DNA of 64,000 nt from Antedon mediterranea (Eukaryota; Animalia; Echinodermata). Below, piece after piece: positions 39,401-50,690 of this stretch; positions within the stretch are counted from its first letter, which is position 1, and every line of letters begins with the position of its first letter. The notes beneath the pieces were generated by a model. That model worked only from the letters and a program-made list of their open reading frames with translations, was not told where the DNA came from and made no database searches. The position numbers were made by a program, and so were the translations under genes. The DNA lies in the NCBI RefSeq assembly GCF_964355755.1, contig NC_092670.1:35700388-35764387 (forward strand). The letters are read 5' to 3'.

Positions 39401-41418
39401 AGTTACAGCTTCACTACTTGCACACTAAAGAATCCAAATACAGTTGATTGTAGTGTTACATATTTAAGGGAACTACAGTAGTATATTTGACACTACAGTG
39501 ACCCCTATTTAGGGGACACCCCTTTTAAGGAGACACTTTTTCATTGTTCCTGTAATGGGAAAGTGTCCCAAGTTCTGCTGTAAAACAATCTGGATGTTGA
39601 GTATCTGATATACATACCATCTTTCATCCTGTGCGCTACGATTTTAAAACAAAAACTACATTATTCTTTTATCTACAGAGATCTGGAACCAACTTCCTCG
39701 CTCCATCCGTTAAACTCCATCCCCTTTTCAATTCAAATTCTCTCCTGCAAACTCGCCTATTTCAATAGCTTTTCTTTTCATGTTGCGCTGTGAGACTCCG
39801 GTAACGAGCGCTTTTATATATGTTGGATATTATTATCTTCTACATATTTCTATAATTTTTTTTAGTCGTGTTCACACACCATAGCGAGTGGTTCAGCCGA
39901 TGGCACTGTACGTGTTTGGGACTTATTGAAATGTGACCCCATTTATGTTCTGAATGGTCACATCAGCTCTGTGCTCTCTGTGTGTTGTTCGGATGACTAT
40001 GTTGTCAGTATAGGCTCCGATGACAGACTGTGTGTTTGGAAGAAGACAACTCGAGGACGATTGATACATATTATACAACTCGTAAGATATTTCTTGTTTT
40101 ACTGTGGTAAATCACAATACTACTTTATTAATAGTTTTTGTCTGAGTTTAGTTTTTTGTGGTAAAATATTGCTTCTTTGTGATTATTTACTGTCTTCAGT
40201 CAAAGACCGGCCAGTTATGATCAGTGGCTGTGTGTGTTACTAGTACACCGGGGTAACCTCCTACTCATCTTGAAAGATGTACTAGGTTCTTGAAAGATGT
40301 ACTAGGTTCTTTAAAGTACACATGAGCTAGTATGTGTACAATGGACCTACGGTTTATAGTCCTTATCCAAGACGATGTTGCAGCTACGTAATTACGGTTC
40401 CACTGTCTTAAACAAGCTCAATTTTCATTTCGCACCACATATCTATGCAGCTGTTGAGTGAAAAAAAGAAAAGTCATTCTGTGCACATTTAGAAACATAT
40501 GAGCATGCACAGAATGTCTCTTAGATTCAATCGCTTCATACTCACATGGTGCGTTTTGTAAATGGAATGTCACTGTTTAACAAAGGCTACTTTATTTTTA
40601 CTTTATTTATTTTAAATATTTTTTCTTTTTAATAGGACTCTGGTTGTGGCAGCAGTGTTATCACATTAGCAGATAAAATAATGGTTACAGGGGGCAAGGT
40701 AAATTCTTAATTTTAAATTTTGAAAATTATTTTTTGAAAATGATTTCACAATATTATGAATAATATGGAAAATACAATTGTATTTGTGTTATTTGCACAA
40801 TAACATCATATATGTATTGTACAACTGTTTATCAAAGTCCTACCATTATAGTATAGGAAAGAAGACAAAAAAAAGACAAAAACAATTACATACAAAATCC
40901 CAATTTGATTATTACACAGTAGACACCTTTTATAAGGGTACATCTTTTAGCTTTGTCTACACTATCAAACTAGTTTGACAAAAAAATGTCTGATGTGCCC
41001 AAATATGGTAGTGATATTCCCAAATATGGTAGTGATATGACATCATCATGTCCATATATGGGCACATTTTTGGCCACATACAGTTTGATAGTGCAGACCC
41101 AACAAAGTTTTCTAAAGGAGGAGGTTCCACTGGAGTTAATACAAAATTTAAAAAAGTTTAAATAAAATAAATTCCAAACGTAAAATGTAATAATACTACT
41201 AATTAAACTAGTTAAACTTATTCTTTACAACTTTATTTTAGGGGTGTCTTGTGGTTTGGGATATATTGGCTGGTGAGCCGCTACGCAAGGTAGATATGGG
41301 TAGCACATACCTAACCGTCAATCAAATTACAGCCATTGATCACAGTTCAATTGTGTGTGATTGCGGAGAAGAGTTGAGGGTAATTGCATTTCCACCACAG
41401 CTACGCAAGGATGAATGA
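21463..41418 (+). CDS. SCAP: SREBP cleavage-activating protein (23 coding exons, ~1326 aa)
   Basis: Phase-consistent GT-AG exons: 21463-21581, 22182-22329, 22671-22828, 23352-23560, 24052-24166, 24442-24538, 25128-25206, 25491-25617, 25853-25965, 26618-26712, 27504-27602, 28048-28290, 29129-29460, 29635-30004, 30227-30342, 30763-31441, 34188-34273, 34735-34835, 35190-35347, 35605-35685, 39866-40081, 40636-40698, 41242-41418 (3981 nt). N-terminus [15 protein letters not shown]; sterol-sensing domain [41 protein letters not shown]; [16 protein letters not shown]; WD40 repeats. Confidence 0.97.
22455..22620 (-). mobile_element. tRNA-derived SINE remnant
   Basis: Reverse strand GTGGTTATGATACTTGGCTACCAATCCAAGGGTCCTGCGTTCAAGTCC (B-box-like); body similar to ~36410-36460 and ~61560-61640. 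Confidence 0.5.
22891..22988. mobile_element. MITE family B (TIR AAGCTTGGTTCCCACTAG)
   Basis: 25-bp perfect TIR AAGCTTGGTTCCCACTAGGATGCAA / TTGCATCCTAGTGGGAACCAAGCTT; another copy at 26390-26542, remnants at ~7333, ~15543-16250, ~43410. Confidence 0.85.
24600..25100 (+). mobile_element. Decayed L2-clade LINE 3' fragment
   Basis: Translates to [15 protein letters not shown] (L2-type H.SP.L..LHWLPV motif) and GFFAQAP; (TAT)-rich tail; similar 3' end at ~39670-39840. Confidence 0.6.
26170..26350. mobile_element. MITE with ~28-bp TIR
   Basis: CCGATTCCCAGTGCTGTATCTCCACATACT / AGTATGTGGAGATACAGCACTGGGAATCGG; related rearranged sequence at ~43738-43925. Confidence 0.8.
26390..26542. mobile_element. 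MITE family B copy
   Basis: GCTTGGTTCCCACTAGATGCAA ... TTGCATCCCAGTGGGAACCAAGC. Confidence 0.8.
27750..27906. mobile_element. MITE family A copy
   Basis: TCTGTCTACACTATCAAAC ... TTTGATAGTATAGACAGAGCT. Confidence 0.8.
28354..28528. mobile_element. MITE family C copy
   Basis: AGAGCCTTTCACACCTG ... CAGGTGTGAAAAGCCCT. Confidence 0.65.
28845..29025 (+). mobile_element. tRNA-derived SINE (monomeric relative of the 98-bp satellite)
   Basis: A-box-like TAGCTTGATGG, B-box GGTTCAATCC, then TGACCTAGTGCCACGGTT...TAAGCACGATAA...TATCCATCCTGTAATTG. Confidence 0.7.
31605..34098 (+). mobile_element. Non-autonomous Helitron (2.5 kb) in SCAP intron 16
   Basis: A|TCTATATATAAATTTACG 5' end; 3' hairpin CTAGATGGTACGC-loop-GCGTGCCATCTAG ending CTAG|T; AT target, no TSD; same termini as 48900-50350. 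Confidence 0.85.
35724..36346 (-). mobile_element. Kolobok-like MITE K1, more diverged copy
   Basis: Reverse complement of 12062-12687 with a decayed left end; TTAA at 36347-36350. Confidence 0.85.
36579..39377. repeat. ~2.8-kb tandem array of 98/85-bp units derived from a SINE body
   Basis: Unit TTATCATGCTTATAAGGTCTCTTTTGAGGCTTGGGGAGTGGAGTAAAAAGAGTTGGGAGTTACAAACCATGGCACT[CAACCATGGAACT]AGGTCAGGA, roughly 30 copies, in SCAP intron 20. Confidence 0.95.
40949..41098. mobile_element. MITE family A copy
   Basis: AGCTTTGTCTACACTATCAAAC ... GTTTGATAGTGCAGAC. Confidence 0.8.
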
Positions 41419-44400
41419 AACTAGTTACTGGTGGACTATGAAGATAAGAACAATCGCAACGAACCCTGAGAGCCTACAGTAGGGACTTCTATATTTTATT
41501 GAATGAAGTGAATGAAGTCAACGTCCACATCGTCGTAGGTCGTAGTCGACTGTTACTCGTCGACAGATACCTGAACGTTTAGATTAAGTGGACATTTACG
41601 TTGACGTACTAGTGAACGTATGACGTAATGACCTTGTGATCATCTGACCTTGTAATCTCTAGTAGGGCTTGCCCACGTGGAGCTATTCCACCTCGCTGGA
41701 CTGGTGGAAGAGCACAGGCTTAGGCCAGGCTAAGTGTGTATCTTTGACCCAGACCATAAATCCATATCAATATTATTAAAAGGCTTTATTTATAATAACC
41801 AATTAAAATTAATAATCCACAGTTTGCGAATATATTTTTACTGAAATTTACTTTACTACATTCTCAGAAGATCATCGTGAGATCAGTCTCCATCATGATT
41901 TTGGTAAACTTTTGTAGTGTCACAACGTCATGCGTCCACTCGTACTCATGTCACAGAGAGAATGCCCCAAAAAAAAAAACTGAACAAGTGCCCAAATTTG
42001 CCAGTCGACGTTCCAGTCGCCTAGTGCATGCGCATATCATTAAAATTACATATTAGGGTAGCGAAGAGAATCTAAAAGTTCCTATTATGCATGAAGATGC
42101 CTTGAAGGTACTCCATGTCTTTGGCGCCTGAATAGAAAGTAGAAAAAAAGTGCATTATAATATACAAATACGCCTAAACAGATATGCAACTGTTTATTAG
42201 ACAACTATGCATTTTAAAATACTGGTGGATAATGAATATACAAATAATGAGTGGAATGGACAGAATATTTTTATAAGTTTAAAAATGGACTGGTCTATTA
42301 AACGATGTGGATGGAACAAAAAAAACCATTATTTATCGTCTAATACATTTTTAAGTAGGTTGCCAAGTTGCCCTATTTTTTATGAACCCTTTTTTTTGCG
42401 CAACAATACTTTTAAAACAAGATACAAGCTGTAAAAACTTAAAAAGCACAACACTTATTAAATAAATAAACAAATTATTTTGTTATTTGGTTTGTTTGAT
42501 CATGTTTACTGACTAAGATTTTTTTAATGATGTGGTACATGATAAGTTGATTCAGTTTTAGCTTCAAATTCAAATTAGCTTTTGGTTTAAAATTGTAAAT
42601 CTTTCCCTATGCGTGTAGTTACCCTTTCACACCAAAACTCTGCAGTGATTGATCTCCAGAGACACACACCAACCTAGCAACCTCAGTGTTTTGAACTTAG
42701 TTTTTAAACCAAAACTGCGGAGTGTCTTCGACAGAGTTTTTCTTTTCATGTGAAAAGGGTATAGTAAATGTTTAATTTTGTTGTTTTGACGTTATTCTGA
42801 TGTGGAGTTCGCTAATCGCATTGCTTGTGTCCTAGGCAAGACACGTGCGTTTGCCTCTATCCATCCAGGTGTACAAATAAGTTCACCTGTTGCGCTGACT
42901 AGCTGCTTCTTTATGAAAGTGCGTATCCATACGCGGTGTCCACATACATCCAAAATGATCAGGGTATAGTATAATTATTACCAGATCTTCCCTTCATTTT
43001 TTCATACATCTGTGTAATCAAAGTTCCGGTAGTAATTTCGGAATGATGACAACTGCCATTTTATATTTGTTTGAAAAAAAAAAATATGTTGAATTGTGTG
43101 AGTAGTGATACGGTGATAGAGAGTATTTTCATTTTAAGAATTGTTTTTAGCATATCATTTTTTATCGTCAAATATGTTATACAGTACATACATTGTTAGT
43201 TTTGCAGCTGGGCATTAATTTTTGTTTGAAATTCAATTCTAATCAAAACTTAATTGTGTCAAATTAAATGTAAGAAATGTTTATTCAATCATAAAATCTG
43301 AATTTGTTATCCATGATAATATTGGCCAAATATTGAGTTGGGATATTGGAATATTTGTAACAAATGCAATTAAATAAATGTAACGAAAAAAAAACAACAT
43401 TTTGTGGTAACGCAAGTGCGTTGACCAATCACAGGCGACAGTCTTGATAAGTTTTGGTTAAGTTGCTTATGGTGGGCTTGCGTTGCGTCCAAGTATCTAG
43501 CTTTAGACATAAGCTATACAATGGTTATATGTAACTGATGAAATTCGTATAAATTAATCTGATTATTGTATGTAAATATATTTTATAAATAAAATGTATG
43601 GTCACGTTAAATCAATTGGAATGCGTCTCTCTATGTAAAAAGATTACTGACAATAGAATGACATTAGTTTGCGTTTGAGCGCAGCTAGGCCTATATGCAT
43701 AAGCAAACCAAGTATAATAGTGTATCAACAGTCTGTACCCGATTCTCAGTGCTGCATCGGTGCTGTATCTCCATATACTACGATATTTGCTCAGTATCAG
43801 TCATATTTGGTAATACAGCATCTCATGTTTATCACAGTGGTGCCTGTATCATGTAAGGAGATGATAGTTTATACTTGTGAAACACATGTGATGTTGTATT
43901 ACCAAATATTTCTATGATACTGAAATCTACTTAGAACCAGGTGCTATATTTTTGTTCGTACATAAGTTAGGGACCCCTCCTGAAACGTCACAAAAAAATA
44001 CATGAATATTTATTAGTCATATCCGTAAGGTGTGACGTAAGAATTGAGCCAACTACTATTCGCGAACCGGTTGCAGTCTGAGTTTGCTGGGCTAAAATGT
44101 TGATCATGTTTTGTAAATATTCTGTAATTAGGCCTATTATATATTTAAACACACTTTTACTATCATACACACGTAACCAGTGACGTATCGCTCAGCACTA
44201 ATGCTTAAAGATGCCGCCCGATTATGTAACGTATGAAACTTATTAAGCATACACTTACAATTCGCTTTTGATCAATTTAACCACAGCATTTCAGCTACTA
44301 TGATTTTGTCTCCTCTTTCTTCTTGTACTGTACCTCTGATGTTGGTATACATAAATATGCTACATCAAGTTGTATTAATAATCGTTGTTTAATTTATCTG

Positions 44401-44651
44401 GCAAGGTAATTTGCATGAATCAAATTAATTACCATAACATATCACAACAAACGTCACGCCTGGAACTTTTAATTTACTTACACAAACATCAATTACAGAT
44501 AAAATTAGATACTCCCAAACTTTTAAAGTAAACGTCGTTTCAATGATGTATAATGATAAAGTAAGTATTTGAAAGTCTACAAGGGATTGTCGACATGTGT
44601 GTGTTTCTAAATAGTAATTTAGTTATGAAATTAGTGTATACAAAATCAAAA

Positions 44652-44836
44652 GATCACGTGGTCTTATGGGAATACTAAAACAAACACTGATAATTATCAA
44701 TGAAGTATTAATTGCCTTTTTGTTGAGTATAAAAACTGTAGGCCTAGAGATTTTCCAAATCATTTATACTTTATCTTAACGCACCGACAACTGCAGCTTG
44801 TCTCCTCTTCTGTTGCACCGTTTGACAAAACACAAG
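44652..44836 (+). promoter_or_regulatory. Putative TATA promoter and non-coding first exon of the cysteine-rich peptide gene
   Basis: E-box ATCACGTG (44653-44660), TATAAAAA at 44728, Inr-like TCATTT at 44760, donor AAG|GTAGGC at 44836; acceptor TTTTTAG at 45288 just before AAACATG. Confidence 0.55.
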
Positions 44837-45292
44837 GTAGGCCAGCTTAATATTCTAATAATGTGTATAGGCATTTAGATTTCTGCTTTCAAGCTTCCAC
44901 CATGTCCAACTATATTTGAGATTTTTCACATTTCTAGTTTATTCAATTTCTAATCTAAGTTTGGTAACTTTTCTTTAATGATCTACAAGATATATTGTCC
45001 CCCTGTAAATTTGTTGTTGTTGTTCCATACTAGTAGGCATATTCACTTTAACCAAAAATTGGATCCAAAAAAAATTTACTTGAAAAAACAATAATTTAAG
45101 TCTTTTATAGGCCTAAGTGAAAACATTATTTTTTTTTTCTGCGGAAGTGATTAACTTTATTTAAACTACAAAATAACCTATTCAAAATCTGATTGTATTA
45201 CTCTAGGCTATTTGTTCATGTTTTTTTTTCTTTAATCACTGTCACTGCTTAAATTGTCAACTGCAATAATAGTTCCATTTGTTTTTAGAAAC

Positions 45293-46804
45293 ATGAAAGT
45301 TACAATTGTAGTTCTGCTTGTTGCCGCTGTTGCCATTTGTTTTGCGCATGCTCAGCCATACAGATCTGATGGTAAGTTACTGCTATTTATTACTAAAATG
45401 TGATTGTTGTAGTGTTTTGTTTTTATATTTTAAATTTGCAATTCGCCTACTACATAAATTAACTTACTTACTTAAGCCTTGTTACAGCTAGCAGTGCATA
45501 GGCCATCAACTACACGTCTCCATCTCACACGGTTCTGGGCAATTCCTTCCACCTCTGTCCAGTTATAGCCAGCATCCTTCACCTACTTATCCAGTTCTCT
45601 CCTCTATGTGTTCCTTGGGCGTCCTCTATTTCGTTTTCCTTGGGGATTCCATGTTAGGGCATGCCTAGTTTTGTTGTGTTGTGTAACATAACATAAATTA
45701 AGAAACAGCAACTTTGTTTACTTGTATATTACTTTATTTTATGCTGTTGCTCTGTGTATAATTTTGTACATCGCTTTTTATGTAAAAATATTCAAGTTAA
45801 CCCGATCGAAATGCACTTGTTGCTTAAATACATTTTAAAATAATCTTTTATCAAAATATTATTTTAACTTATTTAACAACATTTGATTGTTTTGCAGATC
45901 GCCAAAAAAGAGGAATGTTGAATGGAGAAGCAATGACAATGACGGATGAAAGTAAGTATACATCATCTTAACATTTTTGTAATACTAATAGTGCTATAAA
46001 TGTATTACCATAGAAAAAAAACACCCCAAATAATTGGAAAAATAAATTGGCAAATCCAAAACTATCTCTTGATATTGATTGAAATCATGAAATAGTTAAA
46101 GATGTATTGTCCCTTGAAACATAAAAAAATAAGGTCAAAATATTCTAAATTTAAAGTGGCCATATCAAAGAAATATTAAAGTTATTCACTTTAAGTCGAA
46201 AATTTGAGCCAAAAACAACAAGTTTACGTAATTAACAGGTAAATTAGTTTGATTACATTTCGTCTGGAAAATCGTTACGAGCGAAAGTAAACAAAGATTT
46301 CAAACCATGAGTACGCATTATGCATGCTAAATTAGGATTGTTTACAACTCGTCATGGTTAAGAAGTAAAGGTATTTTCACACAGATCATGAGGAAGTTTT
46401 ATGATTATGCATACAGAGTAGCCAAACAAGCGCGTTTCATTATGGGATATGTTTTGATTGAAAACTTTGACTGGAAGTCAAAGTTATTTTTTTAACAAAA
46501 AAACGTCTGTATTTCAGTTAAATTTTTTTTTTCCCGAAAAGTGTTTGGTGATAGTTAATAACTATTATGATACTTCAAAATGACCCACCTTTTTTCGAAA
46601 TCTATTATTTTTTATTTTTTTGGAATTAGTCAAAGGGACAATACATCTTTAAATAATGAATTGTCTAATTAATTTGTCGTTATAGTAACAGAGAACAAGC
46701 GAGGCTGCAGAAGACCCTGTCAAACAACAAAAGATTGTGGCTACTACACTTACTGCATGAATTCATGCTGCAGTCGCTTCAAATTCAGTGGAATGTACAT
46801 GTAA
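45293..46804 (+). CDS. Secreted cysteine-rich prepropeptide (83 aa; toxin/defensin-like precursor), 3 coding exons
   Basis: Exons 45293-45371, 45898-45951, 46686-46804 with GTAAGT donors, both introns phase 1: MKVTIVVLLVAAVAICFAHA-QPYRSDDRQKR-GMLNGEAMTMTDEITENKR-GCRRPCQTTKDCGYYTYCMNSCCSRFKFSGMYM*. AATAAA at 47555 with GT/T-rich downstream sequence. Confidence 0.85.
45463..45690 (-). mobile_element. 5'-truncated RTE-clade LINE with target-site duplication
   Basis: Reverse strand encodes ALTWNPQGKRNRGRPRNT*RRE...IAQNRVRWRRVVDGLC, (TAAG)n tail; 11-bp TSD ACATAAATTAA at 45452-45462 and 45691-45701. Confidence 0.9.
46100..46648. mobile_element. Kolobok-like MITE (family K2)
   Basis: TTAA|AGATGTATTGTCCCTT ... 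AAGGGACAATACATCT|TTAA. Confidence 0.85.
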
Positions 46805-48123
46805 ACTAGTAATGTACATTATTAACTTCGTCAGAGCAGAGCATGCATGCTTCAATATGAACACTATGCTACATTTGCCATGTGATCTGGTGGTGTAAAA
46901 CATGCATGCAGCAGCGAGTACGACGCGCGCGTACCGGATGTAAGTGCGGCAGAGACAAGCTAAAATCAAGTTAATTTGTGATCTAATCAAACAGGACTTA
47001 CTCAATTTCTTCATTTTTTTAGTTTAGCGATTCTACACATTATTTTTAATTGTAGTCTAAATCGAACTATTATTACAAGAATTGATGTTCGGTAAAATAT
47101 ACATTGGCGGATAACATGAGCTTATTGTTGGAATTTATTCAAATTCAGATGGTGAGTCCAAAGCACATGCACAGAGCACATCGTCGTACCACAGCGAGAC
47201 AGGCACATGTTTTCTGGTGGTGCGACATTTAAAGCTAGGCTCGGCTGGTATGGTAGATAGGCCTCAGTTAAAATTATTGTTTTTTCATTAAATAACCTAT
47301 GTTATTAGGCTTATATTGTGACTTCATTCAATTTGAACTATAGATCAATAGATATTGTTTATTTAAAAACTTCAGTCATGTCGGTTATAAATAGGCAATT
47401 CTAATGATAAAAATAACTCGTGTGACATTCACATGACACGCAATGATTATACTAGTTTTATATATCTCCCTTTAATATGGTGTCTAATAGGTTACAGGCC
47501 CCATGTTCATGAGTACTGTCCGTGTCTGAAATGTTAATTTCACTTTCAGTCTCCAATAAAATACAAATCGATTGCTCTGACAATTTAAGAGTGTCATGTT
47601 TTATATATCCTGCTTTTTATTTTGTTTATAATTTTTAAATAATTTAACAGTTTCGTATTGGTCACGAGTGTTAAATTACGACGTTTCGGTTGTTTCCAAT
47701 TTATAACCTTCTGCTAAAGAAATCTTACTCTAAATGAATATTGTCAAGCTTTTTAAATGTTCATGTCGATAATATCAGCCTTCACATGTATTGAATACCG
47801 TACTTTAGCTGTGATTGATAAGGCATGCATGTAATAATTATTATTACTCCCATGTTTAAATCAATAAACAGATTATAGATTGTGCGAAAAAGTAGGCTTA
47901 TGTACATACGAAAGGGGTTGCGAATGTGCTAAAAATAACCCATTATCTACAAAATTGAATTTTCTGTAGGCCTATAATTAACGTAGTTTTTTTTTCTCTC
48001 TTTCGTTAAATTTATACAAATTTCAAAAAGCGCGCAATGCGCTTCTACGTGCCAAATTTTCTTCCAAATCTTATAACGTTTTGCTCAATTCATTGTCTTT
48101 CGATCACCTATAATTCGTCACTT

Positions 48124-50690
48124 TGTATACTGTAACAATAACAAATCTACACTTAAAGAAATCAATATTGGTGTTCCACAAGGAAGTGTCCTGGGACCCA
48201 TCTTGTTTCTCATTTTCATAAATGATATTTCGCAGTCTATAGTAAATGGAACTTGCAGCGTTTTTGCTGATGATGTTGTTGTTTACACCTCAGGTGATAC
48301 TGCTAAGATAGTAAATGATTCATTACAAATAATTATTGATAACATTGGTAAATGGTATGATGACAACCACCTCTCTATAAATACTGAAAAAACAAAGGTT
48401 ATGTTACTAAGAAACAATCATACAGCTGACAGTAATGATTTAAATATACAAATTGGAACCAGTAAATTAGAACAAGTTGATAGTATAAGGTATCTGGGAG
48501 TCGTAATCGATGAAATGTTAACTTGGAAACAAAATACTCAATGTATTAGTAAAAATATTGGATATAAAATAACAATGCTAGGTAAAATGGCTAGTAGTTT
48601 AAGTAAACCGTTACTTGAAACTCTATATATAAGTACAATTCAGCCTTGTAGTGATTATGCTATAACAGTCTGGGGAAATACGACAGAGTTAAACAAAAAT
48701 ATTTTAAAGCGACATCAAAAAAGAGCTGCTCGAATTGTAACTAACAACTTCGATTATATTAATGTAAGGGGTGACAACATCATCCAGAACCTATCGTGGC
48801 AAACTCTTGAAGAGAAACGAGATTTCTCCCTAGCATGTCTAATGTATAAATGTGTTTACGGCCTTGCACCAATTAGATTAGTAAATGAAATTGAATTGAC
48901 TAGATGGTACGCTCGCTTCGCTCGCGTACCATCTAGGTCGTGCCCACAGATGGTTCTCGAATACATAATAATTTCAGCGTTAAAAAACTGGCGATTTCAA
49001 ATGTACGTACCGCAGGACAAATACATGTCGTTTACAGGAACGAATAAATAGACATTGTGATTTATGTACTCAACTAAAAATAGCACCCTGGGAATTACTT
49101 CCGAAAGAGAAACTTGTCAAAAAATGAGACCAATTGTTTAAGTCAAATTTAAACAAACTTAATAATTTGTGTTTTGTATGTAACATTAGGGTTGAGGGAT
49201 GGGGAAGAGGATGGGTGCAAAGAGGAACAATTTTTAAATATATTCTTTATCCATTTAGTAACGAAATATTAATTGTTTTCATGTTTTACAAATAATATAC
49301 CACTAAACACAGTAAAACATTGCGATGTAATACTTTGTTGAAACGATCACCGTCCTAGTCGATTGAAACTGTACAGTATATGTAACGATACATCAATACG
49401 ACGTGTATATGTTTATATAATGTAAAACAATTTGTGAAAACCACCTCTATTCGGGGCAAATCATAAATTCGATTTAATCGTCAATAAATATTAAATTATC
49501 TAACTCAACTTAATTAGTAGGCCTAATGGTTTTCAATTGTTTCTTAGAGCCAATCATACTTTAAGTTGGTTCCTACCCTACCCACCAAAGTTGTTCTGCG
49601 TTTAGGGCATGTGATGCACCGTAGGCCTATCCTCTACTGGCTTTACAACGCTACTCGTGCCAGTGAGGGAAGGGTGATGATGTGGGTGGTTTAACTGCAA
49701 TAATAAATATTTGTACATAATATACGGCGACTGAAAACGCTAGTTCATTATCCGTTAAAAAAAAATCTATATCCAACCTCTGCAGTACAGATTGAAAAAA
49801 AAAATGGATCAAATTTCTGTTATGAGTAAACAGTACTTGCCTTTACGACGCCTGAGGGAATAGACACTTGAATTGTGGAACAGAGATTGGAATATTCCAT
49901 TCATCGCAAGTCAATACATTTGTATAAACGTATATTAAATTTATCAAAATAGTATTTTTTAAAGAAAATCGGCCTGTCTTCAACATTATGATGCTGTATT
50001 CGAGCTGTTCAACTGGTTTTCAGCCATTAAAAACAATTATCGTAGGAGGAGATAGGAAAATGCGAAGCATCCTCGTATTATTGTCTGCGGGTATTTTTCA
50101 AGATGGACATCCATTAGACAGTGTATACCACGATCGAAAAACACCCCTATTTGGGGCAAATCGTTGAACCTAAATTTGTTTTAATTGTCAATAACTAATT
50201 ATCGAACTCAATTTAATTAGTAAACAGGGTTACATCAGGTGGTTTAAATCAGTACCGAGATTCTAACCAACTTTATATACCATCGAGTAAACATTCTAGA
50301 AATAACGCGCGATTTACCGAATTTTGTCCTTACGTAAATTTATATATAGATTCGCGATATTCACACCCACTTAACGCGTGGAGTAGAAAATTTGAATGTA
50401 ACAATACCTAAATACACCCTTAGTAAAATGAATTCGTCCTTTAAAGTTGCAGGCGCAAAAATATGGAACAATTTACCAATTAATATTAAATCGGCACCAA
50501 CAATTACGTCCTTTAAGGCTAGATACAAATCTCATTTCTTTTCATAAAAAACTGACATGTATTATATTTAATTAAGTTTCTCTTTTGTATATTTTGATTA
50601 AGACAGGACCACAATGTAAAACAGATACACTGTTATCTGATTGTTTTATCCTGTATAAATATATTATTTATTATTATTATTATTATTAAA
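48124..50690 (+). mobile_element. 5'-truncated CR1/L2-group LINE (RT C-terminal half), interrupted by a Helitron
   Basis: GVPQGSVLGP.LF, FADD, YLGV, QKRAAR; after removing 48900-50350 the frame continues IRDIHTHLTRG...SFKVAGAKIWNNLP..IK...FK to TAA at 50545-50547; (TTA)n tail ~50665-50688. Confidence 0.92.
48900..50350 (-). mobile_element. Non-autonomous Helitron (1.45 kb), nested in LINE
   Basis: Reverse orientation: TC 5' end at 50350, hairpin and CTAG at 48900-48936, inserted between A and T with no TSD. Confidence 0.88.
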
